Assembly: GCA_037142195.1 (NCBI GenBank)
Contig: JBAXBA010000048.1
Coordinates: 1 to 27,344, forward strand
DNA from: Pseudomonadota bacterium
GTDB lineage: Bacteria; Bdellovibrionota_B; Oligoflexia; Oligoflexales; CAIMVM01
Length of the DNA: 27,344 bases
Direction: 5' to 3'
Below the pieces are notes generated by a model that saw nothing but the letters and a program-made list of their open reading frames with translations, was not told where the DNA came from and did no database searches. Shown one piece after another: positions 27,026-27,344 of the stretch. Position numbers and translations under genes: made by a program. Position 1 is the stretch's first letter. Every line of letters begins with the position of its first letter.

Positions 27026-27344
27026 ATGCAACATGCTAAAAAAACGATATCAGGTCATATTATAAGAGCATCCTGGCTGATGTATGCCGTCATGGGGCTT
27101 GTCGGTTTATCGATCATGAAATTTTCGGAGCCCGATTTTAACTCGCAGCTGCAGTTTTCTGAAATTGGTCGAGAAAACCTATTTGGATTAGGTTTTTTGA
27201 ATTGGCTAAATACCTTGCCTAGCTCTGAGGCCCTCTACCCCCGGATCGGACTGGTCGTTCTTTTGGCCACCAGTGCTATCTCCATGATCGTATTGCCCCT
27301 GGATCGCATCTTTGCTTCCATTGGTCTCGTTAAAAATTTCATGG
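27026..27344 (+). CDS. Membrane protein, 3' truncated by the window edge
   Basis: Frame open from ATG 27026 (MQHAKKTISGHIIRASWLMYAVMGLVGLSIM...) to the window end; two hydrophobic segments; AAGGA RBS; not in the ORF track. Confidence 0.65.
   Translation, partial: MQHAKKTISGHIIRASWLMYAVMGLVGLSIMKFSEPDFNSQLQFSEIGRENLFGLGFLNWLNTLPSSEALYPRIGLVVLLATSAISMIVLPLDRIFASIGLVKNFM

Noticed and set aside
1..27344. CRISPR arrays, tRNA or rRNA genes
   Set aside because: No regularly spaced repeats or recognisable stable-RNA signatures found by eye.

Overview
Bacterial chromosomal window. Gene content (GltD/GltE-like TPR pair, many exported trypsin-like lipoproteins, a long PilT, a 7TM-SpoIIE phosphatase) suggests a Bdellovibrionota/Oligoflexia-type, possibly predatory organism; this is inference. 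The left ~5.6 kb is accessory: a DUF4258-like/HTH toxin-antitoxin pair, an MNT-HEPN pair, a structured non-coding stretch, a LysR regulator divergent from a secreted protein, and an internally deleted IS66-like element. The centre holds the main observation: a 310-aa ORF (8538..9470, -) that reads like a bacterial gasdermin pore-forming domain, but whose N-terminal cysteine lies in a Sec/SPII lipoprotein signal, so it appears to be exported. It lies upstream of a gluzincin lipoprotein interrupted by a single TAG, and divergent from a TPR-TPR-trypsin-PilT-SpoIIE operon. The right part encodes ChrA, an ATP-grasp protein, four lipoproteins (two of them trypsin-like), endonuclease I and a truncated membrane protein. 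All family calls come from motif reading and recalled family sequences; no searches were run.
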